Source of the DNA: Macrostomum lignano
Lineage: Eukaryota
NCBI GenBank assembly: GCA_002269645.1
Contig: NIVC01001863.1
Location: 1 to 64,000, forward strand
Length of the DNA stretch: 64,000 nucleotides
Direction of reading: 5' to 3'
Shown: positions 34,089 through 46,989 of the stretch, piece after piece
Numbering within the stretch: the first letter of the stretch is position 1
Layout of the letters: each line of letters begins with the position of its first letter
Notes under the pieces: model-generated
Seen by the model: only the letters and a program-made list of their open reading frames with translations
The model's database searches: none
Told to the model about the DNA's origin: nothing
Position numbers and translations under genes: made by a program

Positions 34089-35140
34089 AGTCTCTAATCT
34101 AATCTCTAATCTAGCAATATACAGACTGTTAATTTGAGATACTAGGATTATAATTGGGATTGTATCCAATGTAATCTTTGAAGGATCTAGAGATTTTAGG
34201 ATTGGGATTGCATTGATCATTGATCAAGTTTTGATTCTACAAGCCCTGTCTTATAATTCAGTGAGAAGTATTGCATAGAATTATAGAAAAGTTTGCCTTG
34301 CATAAATTATTTGTGGCAGACTAAGGGTAATTTCCAAAAAAAAATTTTGGCTAATGAATTTCAGAAATTTCATATGTATGATCTGCTTAAATAATGGATC
34401 AATATCTAAATAGTTATATCCAATTTTTTTTCTTTGCACTAGACTAGAAATAATTATATATATTTTATTTCTTGTATATTTATACAAAAATACAAAATGA
34501 CAGAAAGAATAAAGAAAAAATGAAGTTGCAATTGGACCAAGCTAAGCTTATGATATTCCAATATTAATCTTAAGAATTATATGGGAGTTAGAGGCGTTGG
34601 GGAAAATGGGAAATGAATAATAGAGAGGGTAGGGAAAAGGAATAGCAAGAAAGATAAAAATGGCATGAATAAGGGAAGGAATGAAAAGGGATAAGATAGA
34701 TCATAGATAGGAATATTTCACCAAACAAAATTAATAAAGTTATTCTATAATATAATAGCTTTCATTTTAAAAACCTTACAAGTATTTAAAATTAAAAACA
34801 TAATATGAAAAAGAAAAAAACAAAAAAAGTAATTAAAAAATATCCGGATTATTTGGTAAAAAAACCTGTGTATTTATTTAAATTGTTCTTTTTAGATTAT
34901 GAAGCCTAAATGATGACTAAAGTATTTTGTTTTTAAATATTATAAAGAAAATATGAATGATCATGCAGGCTTACTTTATTACCATTAAACCAAAATCCAG
35001 TAAATTATTGATATCTAATAAAATGTTGACATGTTTAAGCCTTATTTAAAAGCTTCAGGCATTTCTTGACTTATATATTTATATTATAGATAGAATTATT
35101 ATACCCAAGATTTCTAATATAGATTTATATAGCAAAGCTA

Positions 35141-36751
35141 CAGTGTTAGGCACGATACTCAAAAAAGTATCGATGAAAACCAATACTCCAATAGCCTTTC
35201 TCAAAAAACTATTGCCAATACCTGAAAGTCCGATACCCAAATTTGAATATTGGCGATACTCAATTCTAATACTTTATTCCGATACCCGATTTTTGCCAAA
35301 AGAAATGTTTAACAAATATAAATGCATATAATTTAAGCTTGTCAGATCTTCTCCTAGATTTTTAAGGCAAATAAAGCAAGCTTAGCATTGTTTTAAATGA
35401 TGAAGCTTTCAGTAAAACAAATAGAATAAAATTTACGAATAAAAACCAACAGTTGCCACTGTAGTCAATCATTAACTATTTATTATCCTCTTAGTCAATC
35501 ATTAACTATTTATTATCCTCTTAGTCAATCATTAACTATTTATTATCCTCTTAGTCAATCATTAACTATTTATTATCCTCTTAGTCAATCATTAACTATT
35601 TATTATCCTCTTAGTCAATCATTAACTATTTATTATCCTCTTAGTCAATCATTAACTATTTATTATCCTCTTAGTCAATCATTAACTATTTATTATCCTC
35701 TTAGTCAATCATTAACTATTTATTATCCTCTTAGTCAATCATTAACTATTTATTATCCTCTTAGTCAATCATTAACTATTTATTATCCTCTTAGTCAATC
35801 ATTAACTATTTATTATCCTCTTAGTCAATCATTAACTATTTATTATCCTCTTAGTCAATCATTAACTATTTATTATCCTCTTAGTCATTCTTCTTTACGC
35901 CTATTAGTACTGTTTTTGTTTTAGTATAGTGTGGCGGCCTGCCAGTCTGTGATTGGTGCACCTGCAGGGTAACCTTAGCCTTATTTTTTTGGGTTGGGTG
36001 CACTAGCTTACATGTAGATATAGCCAGCTGCTAGCCAGACCGAATGCTCCCAGCTGAGATACTGACTTTAAAGCCTTACCTCTGATTGGGCAACATATCC
36101 ACTTTCTATACATATAAACCTAAAGTAAATTGTATCACTTCTTTTCCCTTTACTCTTTGGCCTTGCCCAATATGTGCACCCAAAATAGTGGATTTATTTA
36201 TTTATTTCTGTTCTATATATGAATGTTTGCATGTACGCATTGTTCACTAAATTGCATGTTACTAGTGTAGTACTTGTGTATATTATATATTGTAGAAATT
36301 GTAGAATCGATTGGCAATCAGTGGCTAGCAATGAAAGTGTTGCAGAACTTGCAGCATGACAATTTACTAAAATAATATCATTTTGATGATAATTACTAAT
36401 TAATAACTAAGTGATACTGATAAGGTAAGGGGCAGGCAATTTTAAAAAGTTCTAAAAAGTAGTTTTAAGGACGAAAATATTATTCATTTCAGCTTCATTG
36501 ACCAAAAAGTGAAGTATTTATCATTAATTTCTATAAAATTATTCAATTTTTCTTTCATTATAACGAAACTTTCATTGTTTGCATGCTCAAAATTAAAAAT
36601 AGTATTGGACTATCAAAAAAATTTGAAAATTGTATTGAAGTTACCAAAGTCCAATACTATAAAAAAAGTATCAACTTCTAATACTCCAATACCCAAAAGG
36701 TATCGCCGATAGTATTGGAGTATCAGAGTGTCGGAATTGTGCCCAACACTG
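35141..36751. mobile_element. Non-autonomous hAT-type DNA transposon (1.6 kb) with an internal 30-bp satellite
   Basis: TIR CAGTGTT(a/g)GGCAC ... GTGCCCAACACTG; 8-bp TSD caaagcta/cagagcta (1 mismatch); subterminal gtatcg/caatact motifs. Confidence 0.8.
35462..35886. repeat. 30-bp perfect minisatellite (tagtcaatcattaactatttattatcctct)x14
   Basis: Identical copies. Confidence 0.95.
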
Positions 36752-36819
36752 CAGAGCTATGAGGCTAGCTAAGCTAAGGAGTTAGACTAAGGAACTTTCT
36801 AAGCAAGAGCATTTGGGGT

Positions 36820-37082
36820 CATACATGCGCAACCTCCAAAATTTGGTCGGCCATGCGACTTAGTTTTAACAAAAATGCGACATAGTTTTTGGCCAAAAAT
36901 GTGACTTACATGTAAAAAAACCCAAATCAAAATTAACGCAACTTTGGGTAAACGGCAGGAGTAACTATGACTGTCTTATTAAGCTGAAATGCCTCATCAG
37001 CTACTTAGTACTACTACTTTGGTGTTTTTTTGGGTGGGCATTTTTGCGACTTCCTTGGTTGGCCGATTGTTGCGCATGTATG
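36820..37082. mobile_element. hAT-type MITE copy 2 carrying a degenerate 28S rRNA fragment
   Basis: Same 14-bp TIR as copy 1; perfect 8-bp TSD tttggggt. Confidence 0.92.
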
Positions 37083-38437
37083 TTTGGGGTATTGACTATT
37101 GGCAATCTTTTTATAGAATTATATACCCCTACCAAAAAATTCTAAAAATTTTAACTAAAAATGATTTTTCAAATAACAAATAAGTTTAATGTATAATTTT
37201 TACCCTAAGGGCTAAAATAAAATCAATTTATCTTTAAAATATTTTTTTAAATATAATACAATTTTATTTTGAATTTGTATAACAGCAATTACTGTATTTT
37301 CTCTGTACTTTTATTTGATAATAAGTCAATTGTGACTGATTGACCAGGCTTAGTGACTTAAATAAACCTTATTTATTAATTATTCAAACAAATTTACTTT
37401 AAAATTAGCTTTTTTACTTTGTTTTTAGTGTGAAAAGTGAGCTAAATTAATTTAAAAATTATTTTTAGTTGAAAAAGTGCATTTTTGGAATTTACAGAGG
37501 GTACAGAAGGATTTCCAGGGCATTTCTTCTAATTCTTCATTGCAAGCAATGTTTAAAATAGCTAGCCTAATAGGTTTATAATATTCATAGGTCCATATAG
37601 ATTTAGGTGATATTATATTTTCATTATATAGATAGGCCTATTCAATCAGTTGCTTATGATAAAGAGTCTGTCTAGGTCAATCAACTTTCTTTTAAGAATG
37701 CACGGCTATGCACGGCACGGCACAGCGGGTGGTCTAGCTTGGCACAAGCATCAGCTTCTTTCGTGAGTTTCCGTTTGCGATTCTCGTTTCGGGGAAAAAA
37801 CTATAGAATAGCGAACTCTGTTATAACAAAAAAACTTGTATATTCAAATGACTGAAAAGCAAGTGTGGCAGGCGGGTTGCCACGTAAGATGCGATGACTG
37901 GAATTTGGCATGTTTAATTTTTTTTGCATGTGCATGGTGAACCGCTGCGTTTCCCCCTTTATTGGAGTGACATCACTCCCGATGTTGGTTTCTGTCTATA
38001 CCCGCAACGTGTACTGCTTACACGGAGTTGGATGTGTGCCGTAATTTTGTTTTTTTTTTCTATGTGTTTAAGCCGCCCTTTTACGTGATTTTTCTCTCCC
38101 ACTGTGCATGCCCAGCCTCTGTCCCCACTGCGTGACCAGTCACTCCCCCCTATTTTCAAGCGATGATTTACATGACTGCTCCTTCAACTGCTCCTTCAAC
38201 TGCTCCTTCAACTGCTCCTTCAACTGCTCCTTCTACTATTTTTCTACTACCGTTTAAATTTAGTGCTACAGTTTTCTGCTCGTTTAAGCCCAGTCGAAAC
38301 ATTTTCGACCTCGGCCCGCGTCTCATCCGTGTAGTGTCGTGTAAAATTTATTTTATTATCCAGCCTGCTCGAAATAAGTCAATATAATAAACTCCAACCA
38401 TTAGTATTTATTTTATTGTACTAAAGCCATAGTATTT

Positions 38438-38858
38438 CTTGAGTCATTTGCCCGTGGGGCGTAAAATAACCAAGTTCTCATCTCAAAGAAAGCTCTGGGA
38501 CTCATACGTAAATTACGGTGGTGGCAGCAACTACTGAAAGTAACGAGTTCCGAAGGTCGACGCATTAATTTTCGGAGTCAGAAATCTCCGGTGTTTTCTC
38601 CGCTTTGAACGACCGCGCCGCTAACGACCGCTCCGCTACGATTACGACTACCCTCCCCCCGGACTTGAGGACCCGGCTGTCGGAGTAAACAGGAGAAGAA
38701 ATTTCGTTGTGATTCGTCTGCGCGTTTTTTCCGGTTTTATTCGTGCGAACTCAACGCCGGCGGCAATTCAAACGAGGAATCCGCCCCACCTCAATGGTGT
38801 CAGCAAATTCAAAACAACCGTGCTAAGAAAGATCTTCTCCACCCCCACCTCACAAGGA
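38438..38858 (+). promoter_or_regulatory. ~430-bp dispersed repeat copy B (inverted relative to copy A)
   Basis: Aligns to the reverse complement of 17360-17787 with scattered substitutions and indels. Confidence 0.55.
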
Positions 38859-39329
38859 TAAAAACTAATTCCTGTGAAGTCTATTAATTAGTTTGTTAAC
38901 TTTTTAATTTTTTGCAATAATTTTTTGGCGTTGTCGTTTTCCTTATCGCCAGTTTAGCAACATTCTGTACTGAATTAAAAATTACTACCCCAAAATAATT
39001 TGACTGTTCTTTATTTTAAGACTGTTTACTTTTTGTTTAATTGCTTGTAATGGTGAAAATTTAATTACATAATTAAAGGCGGGAAAAGTGACAGCCGTCG
39101 GCAACAGTGATGCCAAGCTCCACCCGCTCTCATTTCGCTCTCACAGCATGTCCTCAACCATGCGACGATGCCGGCAATGCGGTGAGTGGCTGAGCCTAAA
39201 AAACTTCGCTCGCCATGTGAGGCGCCGCCACTGAGGGGTAAGCAATGCAGTGCCACCATGATTTTCTTTGATTTTTAAACAGCTGCTTATTAGTCAACTG
39301 CCCAACTGGATAATTACTACTGCTCGAAG

Positions 39330-39550
39330 GAGGTTGTAGCCTAGTGGTTAGAGCGTCGGACTATTCGGACTCTGGGTGAGCTTCAGTTCACCCAGCTGTA
39401 AAATGGGTGCCAGCGTTAGCTGTGGTAATTGAGGGTGCGTGTGGCGCCCCCCACCGAACAGCCGTACGCGGCCTTCAGATGCGCCACGCAATAGCCACGA
39501 CTGAGCTGTCGGTTAGGGCAGATGTAGTATTAATTATTATTATTATTATT
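39330..39550 (+). mobile_element. tRNA-derived SINE copy (plus strand, internally shortened)
   Basis: A-box tagcctagtggttag, shared core with the 33812-34088 copy, and an (ATT)n tail. Confidence 0.7.
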
Positions 39551-39759
39551 ACAAGCGTAGTATCGTTGAGAGTTTCAAAACGAAACTATCTTATTCACGA
39601 GACACTGCAGTCACATCTCGTGTCCATTTTTTCTTTCCCTGCCTCAACCGAGCTCATACTTGACCTTCTCAATTGCTGAGTTTTCTTGGTTTCTTTTCTT
39701 GGCACTCCTGCATTAGATTCCCTGTATGATGCATATTCGCACTCAGACAATGATCCGCT

Positions 39760-40385
39760 AAGCTTCCTGAAACCAAGCAGCAGGGACCGAACTCTGTGAC
39801 AAGCGTCGCGCCGAGCGCCGCGCCGAGGAGCCAGGCCCCGCGCTCCGAGCCGTTCAAGAGAAGTGCCCCGCTAAAGAGGTAATATCAAATTAAAATCTAA
39901 TAGAGATACCAAAGACATCGAAATAAATGCAAGCCGATGTTTCAACAAAGGACAAGTCACTTGCGCCAAGCCTGCACTGCACTTTTCACTGCAGGCGGCA
40001 TGAAACATCAGAAGAGGCTGAGGAATATTTTGTCGCTAGAGTGCAAGCGGCCGCTAAGGTGAGTGCAGCCACTAGAAATATGGACTGTTTCTGACTAGTA
40101 ACCTGTTTATATAGCTACTCCATCAAGCCGACACGCTTTACTCATTCTGGAATCAATTTCAGGAACTTTGCCAAATCAAGAGACCAAGAAGGGTTAAAGA
40201 TCAGGCGACACAAGCAGGAGAGGAGGTCAGTTGTTATATGTTATATATATATATGTATGTTATATATAATTATATTATATACAGTTGTTACATATGTTAA
40301 TGTTATATACAGTTACAGTGGTCCTTGGCTTTTTCGTTCAGACTTTTTGTGTTTGCAGTCTTTAGACACCATGACCTATACGTAG
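39760..40385 (+). CDS. Small spliced orphan gene, 5' end not identified
   Basis: Exons ...-39878, 39995-40058, 40163-40225 and ~40359-40385 join in phase via GT-AG: ...PRSEPFKRSAPLKRRHETSEEAEEYFVARVQAAAKELCQIKRPRRVKDQATQAGEESLDTMTYT*. No recognisable domain. Confidence 0.4.
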
Positions 40386-40927
40386 ATTTAATGTTGAGTT
40401 TTCGAGCATTTCTACTATAAGTAGCGTAAAGCTGTTGAATAGCAAATTGTCAGCCGGGCCAAAGAACTTATAAAGTCAAACTACTAAGTTTAACAAACTT
40501 CGGGTGCAGTAAATATAGCTAATTATTTATTAATGAACTTCAACTGCAAGCCGCTTCTTCGACTTGTTTATTCGACAGAGGACAGAGCCGCACGGTGTGA
40601 GATAATAATGGTATTTATAGGTCGCGTCGTAGCAAAAACAAAAACTAATTAATGGAATAGTGATACTAAAAGTAACAAAGGTAACAGATCGGTTAAATTT
40701 TGGCCCGTATACAGCGGCCGAGCATGCAAATAGCAAGAGGGGGTGCAGAGCTTCCAGGCCCTGGTCCATCAACTGCATGGTCAAAGCCGACCTTCGGCCA
40801 TACAATGAACACCAAACAGCATGGATGTTGGGGTACGGAGGGGAGAAAACAAATGAGGAACGAATGCCGGTATTTGTCATTTGTCACACAGAAACTCCTT
40901 CAGTCAGTATTTGGCATGGACTCGATC

Positions 40928-41629
40928 TCAGCGGCGGCCGGCGGTTCGTCCACCGCGGCGGGCGTAGCTGAGGCCGCGCTGGGTTCGAGCAGCAGTGCCT
41001 CTGGCAGGCGGTCGAACGGGTTCCTCGGCGTTATTGGTAGAGGCGTCATTGGTAGAGGCGTCAGCCTCCTGAAGGCCTTGGGCTGAGGCGGTGCTGGGGG
41101 GCCAGCCGAGGATGTGGACCGTGTCGCCTTCCACGAACAGCCTTTCGGGGCGCTTCTCTACCGCGATGTCCCAGAAGGCTCGCAGGTGGGGCAGCCAGCC
41201 GTTTTGGAGGTGCCCAGCCTCCCAGTAGGCGATGGCCATTAGTAGTGCCAACGCGGGGCACGGCTGGCCTCTCTGGCGGACGTAGTCATCCGCTCGCTGG
41301 AGAAATTCATCGAGCGTTTCGCGCGTCGCGGCCGGGTCCATCTGCTGGCACATCAGTCTCCAGCGGGCGTCAACATCGACTTCTTCCTTGGTGACCGCCC
41401 GTTGGTAGGCCTCTTCTAAGTCTGCGCGCAGCTGGCGAAGGGCTAGTGGCAAGTTTGTCCCGGTGGCGGCGGCAACGAGGGCTCTCAATAAGGCGTCCTC
41501 GTCTGGACGAAGCCATGGAGCGCGGACTGGCTGGGCGTCTGTTCCGGACTGGCCGCTGCTTGGAGCTAGCTGGTAGAGGTACCCAGCTGCCTGCTGGTCG
41601 TCTTCGGGGGACATGTGCTCGTCAGCCAT
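40928..41629 (-). CDS. Intronless orphan ORF, 233 aa from MADEHMSP, unknown function
   Basis: GC-rich gene-like codon usage, good ATG context (gccATGG), and TATAAAA about 125 bp upstream. No family recognised. Confidence 0.55.
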   Translation of the reverse strand: MADEHMSPEDDQQAAGYLYQLAPSSGQSGTDAQPVRAPWLRPDEDALLRALVAAATGTNLPLALRQLRADLEEAYQRAVTKEEVDVDARWRLMCQQMDPAATRETLDEFLQRADDYVRQRGQPCPALALLMAIAYWEAGHLQNGWLPHLRAFWDIAVEKRPERLFVEGDTVHILGWPPSTASAQGLQEADASTNDASTNNAEEPVRPPARGTAARTQRGLSYARRGGRTAGRR

Positions 41630-42185
41630 GGCAGGTAGTGAGCAGCTGAGCAATTGAAATGGAATTAAGCAGAATCAAGGAAGCGGAGATTTGACACAAG
41701 ATGAGGGGCGCTCAAGAATAGAATTTCATTCTCGGATAGAAAATCTCGCATTTTATACCCTGGCTGGTCCATCCGATGGAAAAACGGTCCCCACACGATT
41801 GAACAAAGACCGCCAACCCGCGTGCACTCTAGCTGAGGTCACGCCCGCGGAGGTGGGTGGGTGAGTGGAATAAGTTTATGCGTTAAAGGGGAGCGAGGCA
41901 CAGCTCGAAGCAATAAATAATAGTTTAGACTCGGTAAAGAGTTTACAAATGAACCGAGAGGGGCGGTGTTGGGAAGCAGAACTGTTCCCAGGGCCCAAAG
42001 CAAAGCGGGCACAGGAGTCCCTTGCTGTTCCTTACAGATTTCCCAGTAAACTGCAGGCTTGATAAGGAGCAGTGACAGTGCCTGACTCATCGCACGATAA
42101 ACAGTTGGTGCCGGAGCTTTCCCAAAAACTGGTGGGCCCAAAAAGGACCCGCATAACTCGCATGGGAGGACAAGGTTTTACGGTG

Positions 42186-42665
42186 CAGGGGCCGGCAACC
42201 TCCGGCCCGGGGGCTGAATGCGGCCCGCGAAGCCTCTCTATCCTGCCCTCGGGTCCTTTGAAACTTTACAATAGCAATCCGCTCAGGGTTTGTGTGTTTT
42301 CTAAGTTGTCTCCTCTCTCTTTTTCTTCGCTCTTTTCTCATCTCTCATCTCCTCTCCTCTCTCCTCTCATCTCCTCTTCTCTCTCCTCTCTCCTCTCAGC
42401 TCCTCACCTTTTTTCTCTCCGCTCTCATCTCTCTCTTATCTTCTACTCGTATCTACATGAACATATCTCATTCTATCTTCTACGAGACGAGTATCTTCTA
42501 TCTCATCTCTTCATTTATTGCGTCTCTCATCTCTCCTTTCTTTTGTCATCTCCTCTTTCTTGTTCTCTCTCTCTCCCATTCTATCTCCTTTCCACTCTCA
42601 TCTGGCCCGCAGCAATGATCTAAACTCTTTATCTGGCCCTGCAAGTAAAAATGTTGCGCCCCTTG
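42186..42665. mobile_element. Charlie/hAT-like MITE with a CT-rich interior
   Basis: Ends CAGGGGCCGGCAAC ... GTTGCGCCCCCTTG with ggcccgc subterminal motifs. No clean TSD. Confidence 0.55.
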
Positions 42666-43871
42666 TTTTAGTCTGGGCTTTTAAACACCTTTTATTGTAG
42701 AAGAGGATGCTACACTCGTCATTTAGCGCAGGTGCTAAGACTTAAAATTAGTACGAGCTATCAATTTTCACCTGAAAGCCTAAGGATGAGAACAAAAAAA
42801 TTAATTTCAGCACTTTACTCGTTGATGATTGCAGAGAAAGTTTGCAGTTAATAGCAAACTGGGAAATAAAGGTTTAACAGCTAGGAATGAACTCGCGATA
42901 TTGCCTACTTACAGTAGCGCGCCTAAAAGATTTCAGTAAAACATTTCAGGGGCACTCTCACTTTTAATTCGTTTTTTATTACTATCCGATAGCAGGCAGA
43001 TCCGGGTCTCCTAGCAGAACTCTGGGGTGTCACAGGCTGGGTTCGAACAGTCGTTGCTATCTTGTCCCATTTCTGATGGTCTTCAAGGAGACAGGTGAAA
43101 ACCTATTTAAAGTTTTATTGGAAGCACGAGAATTGCCCGCGATCGAATTGCCCTCCGAGTTTTTCCCGCCGAGAATTGCCCGCAATGCTTTTTCATGCAA
43201 CGCATTTTGCCACGCTTCAGATAATTCATATTCTTCTGATTGGTCAAGAGTCTTTATAAAGAGATTTACCCGAATCAAAACATATTTTTCTTGTAGGTCT
43301 TCTTGTGTAAGAAATGTTGTTAGGCAAAGTTTAACAGACTGCACGTACAACAAATGTCAAAACGCTTTGCCCACTGCAAGTTAGTGATAGAGAGTATCGA
43401 AAAAACAATTGCAAAGGGGCACGATCACTCGTTATTACGACTAGTAGTGCAGGACTTCCCCCTTAGTCAGCATCGCATAGACTCTAATTGATCATGCGAA
43501 TTCCGTTGGCTCACAAATCCAAGTCTCACAGAACTGTACGAGCGGCTCAAGCGACTCAAGCTGCTGCTCTGGGATCTGAAATGCTGCTCGAGTTCTGAAT
43601 GCAGTGGGAATACAGTAGCTGAACTGCCCCCCCCCCATGCTGAAGTGGCAGCGAAAGCGGAGCTCAAGAGGTGCGAAGGGGCAATTGTCGGGTCGGTGAC
43701 CGAAGGGGGGGAGGTGTAACGGTGGTGAAAGTCAAAGCAGCTGAAAACTTCTTTAAAAGCCGTCAAAACGTCAAAACGTCAGCAGTTGCTTGGTAGCCGA
43801 GGAACTGAGCTGTCTCTCTAAGCTGTCAAACTGATAGTGCACTGCTTGCTGCTCAACTTCGATAACCGAAG

Positions 43872-46800
43872 ATGCGACTGGCAGTCACTGGGCTGCTCCT
43901 GACCGGCCTCCTGACACTGGCGCAGTGCCAGGCTGACCGACTGACCGATGGTCTGCGGCCTGAGTTCTGTAAGCTTCTTGAGCTCTGAAGCATTGCCTGT
44001 TTACACTGAAAAGCATTGCCTGTTTACACTGAAGCATTGCCTGTTTACACTGAAAAGCACTGCCTGTTTACACTGAAATGCACTGCCTGTTTACACTGAA
44101 GCATTGCCTGTTTACACTGAAAAGCACTGCCTGTTTACACTGAAAAGCACTGCCTGTTTACACTGAAGCACTGTCTGTTTGCAGTAAAGCATTGCCTGTT
44201 TGCAGTAAAGCATTGCCTGTTTGCAGTAAAGCAATACCTGTTTGCAGTAAAGCATTGCCTGTTTGCAGTAAAGCAATACCTGTTTGCAGTAAAGCAATGC
44301 CTGTTTGCAGTAAAGCAATACCTGTTTGCAGTAAAGCAATGCCTGTTTGCAGTAAAGCAATACCTGTTTGCAGTAAAGCAATACCCCAGTAAGAGTGGCT
44401 CCGCCTCGTCCATCAGTTCAACCTCGAATCATTTCAGCAGCAACGCTTCCGAGAAGCTACGGCTGCTTCAAGGACCGTCGCGAGTCCCGCGATCTGCAGA
44501 TGTGGCCAAGAAAGACTTGGTGACCGTCCAGAGCTGCCTGCGCCTGTGCCGGGCCATGGGCTACAGGCTCTTCGGCCGGCAGAACAGCAGCAAGTGCCGC
44601 TGCGGCAACTCGCACGGCCGGGCCAAGCAGGTAAAGTGCAACAAGGCCTGCTCGGGGACCCCAGGCAGCACTGCGGCGGCCTGCTGCACAACACCATCTA
44701 CCCTGCCAGCGAGGGACTGACTGACTGACTGACTGACTGACTGACTGACTGACTGACTGACTGACTGACTGACTGACTGACTGACTGACTGACTGACTGA
44801 CTGACTGACTGACTGACTGACTGACTGACTGACTGACTGACTGACTGACTGACTGACTGACTGACTGACTGACTGACTGACTGACTGACTGACTGACTGA
44901 CTGACTGACTGACTGACTGACTGACTGACTGACTGACTGACTGACTGACTGACTGACTGACTGAATTTCAACTTTTCAGACCGCCAAACAACCATGAAGA
45001 CTGGCTCTAGCCATCACAGCAGACGTCGGTTCACTTGGCAGGCAAAGAAATTAAAGACCAGAAAGTTTCCAGAAAGGAGGAAAGGACGGAACGGCGTAAA
45101 AGAAAAAACTCGGATGCAAAAAAAGAAAAACAGAAAGTTCAAAGGAAATATGGGAACAAAGAAAGTTGGAAAGAGGAAAAGCCTGAGGGCCGGAAAGAGG
45201 AGAAGACGGAAAGGACGGAAGGTTGGAAGGAGGAATCGTCGGGAGGGTAGGACACAATGAAAAAACGATTTTAACCCTGGTTTCTAATTCTCTGAATTAA
45301 TGTTTCGATTTTCGACAATTTCAGCTGGGAGCACCGCCAGCGGCTATGAGACGAAGACAGTTGTGTGTGAGTGGGCTTCACAGCTGCGCCTGCTTCCGGT
45401 GCCATGCTCACACTAGCTCCCATCACACCAGCTCCCATCACACCAGCTCCCATCACACCAGCTCCCATCACACCAGCTCCCATCACACCAGCTCCCATCA
45501 CACCAGCTCCCATCACACCAGCTCCCATCACACCAGCTCCCATCACACCAGCTCCCATCACACCAGCTCCCATCACACCAGCTCCCATCACACCAGCTCC
45601 CATCACACCAGCTCCCATCACACCAGCTCCCATCACACCAGCTCCCATCACACCAGCTCCCATCACACCAGCTCCCATCACACCAGCTCCCATCACACCA
45701 GCTCCCATCACACCAGCTCCCATCACACCAGCTCCCATCACACCAGCTCCCATCACACCAGCTCCCATCACACCAGCTCCCATCACACCAGCTCCCATCA
45801 CACCAGCTCCCATCACACCAGCTCCCATCACACCAGCTCCCATCACACCAGCTCCCATCACACCAGCTCCCATCACACCAGCTCCCATCACACCAGCTCC
45901 CATCACACCAGCTCCCATCACACCAGCTCCCATCACACCAGCTCCCATCACACCAGCTCCCATCACACCAGCTCCCATCACACCAGCTCCCATCACACCA
46001 GCTCCCATCACACCAGCTCCCATCACACCAGCTCCCATCACACCAGCTCCCATCACACCAGCTCCCATCACACCAGCTCCCATCACACCAGCTCCCATCA
46101 CACCAGCTCCCATCACACCAGCTCCCATCACACCAGCTCCCATCACACCAGCTCCCATCACACCAGCTCCCATCACACCAGCTCCCATCACACCAGCTCC
46201 CATCACACCAGCTCCCATCACACCAGCTCCCATCACACCAGCTCCCATCACACCAGCTCCCATCACACCAGCTCCCATCACACCAGCTCCCATCACACCA
46301 GCTCCCATCACACCAGCTCCCATCACACCAGCTCCCATCACACCAGCTCCCATCACACCAGCTCCCATCACACCAGCTCCCATCACACCAGCTCCCATCA
46401 CACCAGCTCCCATCACACCAGCTCCCATCACACCAGCTCCCATCACACCAGCTCCCATCACACCAGCTCCCATCACACCAGCTCCCATCACACCAGCTCC
46501 CATCACACCAGCTCCCATCACACCAGCTCCCATCACACCAGCTCCCATCACACCAGCTCCCATCACACCAGCTCCCATCACACCAGCTCCCATCACACCA
46601 GCTCCCATCACACCAGCTCCCATCACACCAGCTCCCATCACACCAGCTCCCATCACACCAGCTCCCATCACACCAGCTCCCATCACACCGACATTCCAGC
46701 GGAGGCCCGCAGCGTCGGCTGCTTCAAGGACTCGGCCAGCCATCGTGACCTCCCGGTGCGTGGTGGCAGCGGATCCGCAATGACAACTGAAAAGTGCATA

Positions 46801-46989
46801 CAGTCGTGCACCGCCAAGATGCACAGGTACTTCGGCCTGCAGTCCGGCACCGACTGCTGGTGCGGCGACAGCTACGGCAAGCACGGCCCGGCTGTGGACG
46901 CCAAGTGCGACAAGAAGTGCGGCGGGAACGGCGGCCAGCGGTGCGGTGGCAGCCTGTTTAACAGCGTCTTCGACGCCGGGAAGCCCTGA
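43872..46989 (+). CDS. Secreted protein with two WSC domains; two apparent -1 frameshifts in the first WSC exon
   Basis: Exon1 from 43872 (MRLAVTGLLLTGLLTLAQCQA..., donor T|GTAAGC). WSC1 exon ~44438-44714 (YGCFKD...QSCLRLC...CRCGNSHG...CNKACSG..HCGG) needs single-base insertions near 44497 and 44656. Linker exon 45325-45366. WSC2 exon 46700-46989 (SVGCFKD...CWCGDSYG...CGG) is intact. Confidence 0.75.
43988..44385. repeat. 21-23-bp minisatellite (gcattgcctgtttacactgaa / tgcagtaaa variant) in WSC gene intron 1
   Basis: Direct tandem copies; the variant switches midway. Confidence 0.88.
44715..44963. repeat. (GACT)n microsatellite
   Basis: About 62 perfect copies. Confidence 0.97.
45410..46689. 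repeat. 15-bp perfect minisatellite (catcacaccagctcc)n, intronic
   Basis: About 85 identical copies between donor 45367 (gtgagt) and acceptor 46699 (ttccag). Confidence 0.93.

Noticed and set aside
39330-39420. tRNA gene
   Set aside because: An A-box is present but no complete cloverleaf; it continues into a SINE core and tail.
43057-43766. Short ORFs suggestive of a Penelope or other TE fragment
   Set aside because: No diagnostic GIY-YIG, RT or transposase motif visible.
45346-46783. Mucin-like (ITPAP)n, (TSSHH)n or (GAGVM)n coding repeat
   Set aside because: The array lies between a good donor (45367) and acceptor (46699); the 1333-nt intron is not a multiple of 3, and flanking exons join in phase without it.
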